Below are positions 26,047-27,969 of a DNA stretch of 27,969 bases, in pieces (position 1 is the stretch's first letter; every line of letters begins with the position of its first letter). Both the position numbers and the translations under genes were made by a program. Source of the stretch: a virus (Duplodnaviria > Caudoviricetes); IMG/VR virus record IMGVR_UViG_3300020045_003671, positions 1 to 27,969 of that record; one strand, written 5' to 3'. Under the pieces are notes generated by a model. It did not search any database. It saw only the letters and a program-made list of their open reading frames with translations, and was not told the DNA's origin.

Positions 26047-27744
26047 ATGAAAAAGTTACTTACTATATTTTTAATATTATTTGCCTTTATCATAAAAGCT
26101 CAAGATGTTTCGCCTTTACCATCAATTACGGTTAAGAAACTCATTGCACCGAATACGCCTGTGTTTTATTATAATACTTTAGATAGCGTAATGTGGGTAT
26201 TTAAAGGGGAAACTGGATGGTATCGGTTTGCGTCATTGAGAGATATTAAAATGAGATATGCTAAAAACGGATTACATTTATCGGGTGATACTGTAAAATT
26301 AGGAGGGCTACTAACAGAAGACACAACCATAGGAACAGAGGGTAATTGGGCGGATAAAGAAGGTAAATATATAAAATTTACAAACGACGGTACTTTTAAT
26401 GTGCTTGGTGATGGAATCATTGAACCATCGGACGGTAATGGGTATATATCAATAACAAAAGATGATAAGATAATTGACAATGGTAGCGGAAAGACAGCTT
26501 CACGAAATATCTATGCAGATACGTCCGATTCTGATGGAAATGTTTGGACGGCTTTTGACGAAACAAAGGTTTATTCTCCTTCCGATGGATATAATATTAA
26601 CGATGCAGATGTACGAAAGCGTATTGGAATAATAAATGACCCTGTTTCTGGTAATTTCATAGAATATTCTCTTGAATTTGGTAAGTATGTTGGCAATGTA
26701 GGCACAGATCCGTGGTTTGGTAAGATTACCGTCAGTAAGGGTTCTGATACAAATGATATTTCCTTTCCAATACCAATACCCAGTATTGGGTGGAATCAAC
26801 AAATACTACCGATTTCAGTAAATGGAAACTACGCAGATACATACGGGAATATTGACATATCAGGAATAATACCATCAACTTCAAGTACTACAGCTTGGGA
26901 TGCTGCATACAATAATCAAATAACTGCCATTAATGTTTCAGGTACTACTTTAAAGACAATAACCTTAACCCAGCTTTCAGGAGGCACAAAGACTGCTACT
27001 TTTACAGACTTAACCGGAGGCACCGGAAGTACTACATTCTCACAGGCGTATCTTAACGAAGCTGATATAACAGGCTCAACTATTACAGTAAACTATCCAA
27101 CTTCGTTTCCTCATGTTAACTATGCCTTAAATCTACGTGCGTGGTATGTAAATGAGATTGACGGCAAACAAGTACAGATTGCTCATGCCATTTACGATTT
27201 TACAAAGTCAGTTTCAGGATTCAGCTTTAAAGTTGATACTATTGCAGGGAGGTACTCATACTTTGCATCCGATACAACAATGGTATTAAATTCAGGAGAG
27301 TTTAGAACTAAAATAGTCAATGAAGTACCAACAGGATTAATTAATAGCTCAAATACGGCTTATTCACTTAAATATGTGCCAAATCTAAACACACAACAAT
27401 TATACCTTAACGGCGTTAGATTAGCTCCTACTTTAGACTATTCAATCACAGCGAATAATATAACAATGAATAGCCCACCAATTACGGGGTTCACTCTATT
27501 GGCTGATTATTCAATAGGTACAGTTATTACGAATGAATATTATAATGAAGTGCCAAGCGGAACAATTAACGGAATAAATACTATTTTTACACTATTACAT
27601 TCAGTTTCTGGAACCGACATTGAATTATTTATGAATGGAGCGAGACAACAACTAGGAATAGACTTTACGGTTTCAGGAACCGACATTACATTTTTAATCG
27701 CACCATTGACGGGTTATACATTATTAGCTGATTATAAAAATTAG
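26047..27744 (+). CDS. fibre-like protein with an N-terminal signal peptide and a duplicated C-terminal domain
   Basis: MKKLLTIFLILFAFIIKA|Q; fibre-type motifs NGLHLSGDTVKLGGLLTEDT, SVNGNYADTYGNIDI, TAWDAAY; two 64-aa C-terminal repeats. Confidence 0.7.
   Translation: MKKLLTIFLILFAFIIKAQDVSPLPSITVKKLIAPNTPVFYYNTLDSVMWVFKGETGWYRFASLRDIKMRYAKNGLHLSGDTVKLGGLLTEDTTIGTEGNWADKEGKYIKFTNDGTFNVLGDGIIEPSDGNGYISITKDDKIIDNGSGKTASRNIYADTSDSDGNVWTAFDETKVYSPSDGYNINDADVRKRIGIINDPVSGNFIEYSLEFGKYVGNVGTDPWFGKITVSKGSDTNDISFPIPIPSIGWNQQILPISVNGNYADTYGNIDISGIIPSTSSTTAWDAAYNNQITAINVSGTTLKTITLTQLSGGTKTATFTDLTGGTGSTTFSQAYLNEADITGSTITVNYPTSFPHVNYALNLRAWYVNEIDGKQVQIAHAIYDFTKSVSGFSFKVDTIAGRYSYFASDTTMVLNSGEFRTKIVNEVPTGLINSSNTAYSLKYVPNLNTQQLYLNGVRLAPTLDYSITANNITMNSPPITGFTLLADYSIGTVITNEYYNEVPSGTINGINTIFTLLHSVSGTDIELFMNGARQQLGIDFTVSGTDITFLIAPLTGYTLLADYKN
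27319..27735 (+). repeat. two 192-nt (64-aa) degenerate domain repeats, 27319-27510 and 27544-27735
   Basis: NEVPTGLINSSNTAYSL...LYLNGVRL...DYSIT...PPITGFTLLADY versus NEVPSGTINGINTIFTL...LFMNGARQ...DFTVS...APLTGYTLLADY. Confidence 0.85.
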
Positions 27745-27746
27745 AT

Positions 27747-27969
27747 ATGAAAAAGATAAAATTACTCATTTTGTTATTGTTTGTTTCGGTTATAGTATTC
27801 GGACAAACAAGGGTAGCAACAGAACAATTAAAAGTTTATACCTTACCAGTAGATGGAAAGTATTTAAAGGTTAATACTGACGGCTCAATAACTCAGGATA
27901 ACCCCAACGCAACTGATACAACTAAAGTTCCTTATATCGGAGCAACAAAGCACGTTGATTTAGATACAA
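27747..27969 (+). CDS. signal-peptide-bearing fibre-like protein (runs off window end)
   Basis: Not in ORF track. MKKIKLLILLLFVSVIVFG|QTRVATEQLKVYTLPVDGKYLKVNTDGSITQDNPNATDTTKVPYIGATKHVDLDT. The VPYxGATxxVDL motif is one I associate with phage fibre proteins. Confidence 0.7.
   Translation, partial: MKKIKLLILLLFVSVIVFGQTRVATEQLKVYTLPVDGKYLKVNTDGSITQDNPNATDTTKVPYIGATKHVDLDT

Noticed and set aside
6242-26802. Short minus-strand ORFs inside plus-strand genes (6242, 7046, 8501, 9819, 10587, 11187, 14615, 25430, 26169, 26500) and nested plus ORF 22903..23112
   Set aside because: Shadow or alternate-frame ORFs with no motifs or promoter support
27319-27735. Diversity-generating retroelement TR/VR pair
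   Set aside because: Repeats are in-frame protein domains differing at all base types, not only adenines, and no reverse transcriptase is in the window
1-27969. CRISPR array, integrase/att site, lysis genes
   Set aside because: No regularly spaced repeats, recombinase motifs or recognisable endolysin seen. Lifestyle (temperate or virulent) cannot be decided from this window.

Overview
This is an AT-rich segment of a tailed dsDNA phage (Caudoviricetes), probably siphovirus-like. The host is very probably Bacteroidota: there are repeated TAnnTTTG (-7) / TTTG (-33) promoters, A-rich non-Shine-Dalgarno start regions, and signal peptides followed by Gln. Positions 1-4157 form a leftward early operon: a Sak4/AAA_24-like ATPase cut by the window edge, a NUMOD4-HNH-AP2 endonuclease, a Cro/XRE HTH, several small Zn-ribbon and membrane proteins, and a ~430-nt structured non-coding block. 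From 4326 a rightward arm carries a C5 cytosine methyltransferase, small ORFs and a non-canonical tRNA-like element. It continues with terminase small and large subunits, a Zn-finger-containing portal, scaffold, major capsid, neck and tail genes, tape measure, an antisense frameshifted HNH cassette, and tail-tip/fibre-like genes. Four signals stand out. (i) Three genes in the virion module carry Sec-type signal peptides. (ii) A candidate ~65-nt sRNA is antisense to a start-region motif shared by several early genes. (iii) A three-hairpin leader with a perfect 7-nt kissing loop precedes the HNH gene. (iv) There are further structured RNAs, including the tRNA-like element. Product calls come from motifs and gene order only; no database searches were run.
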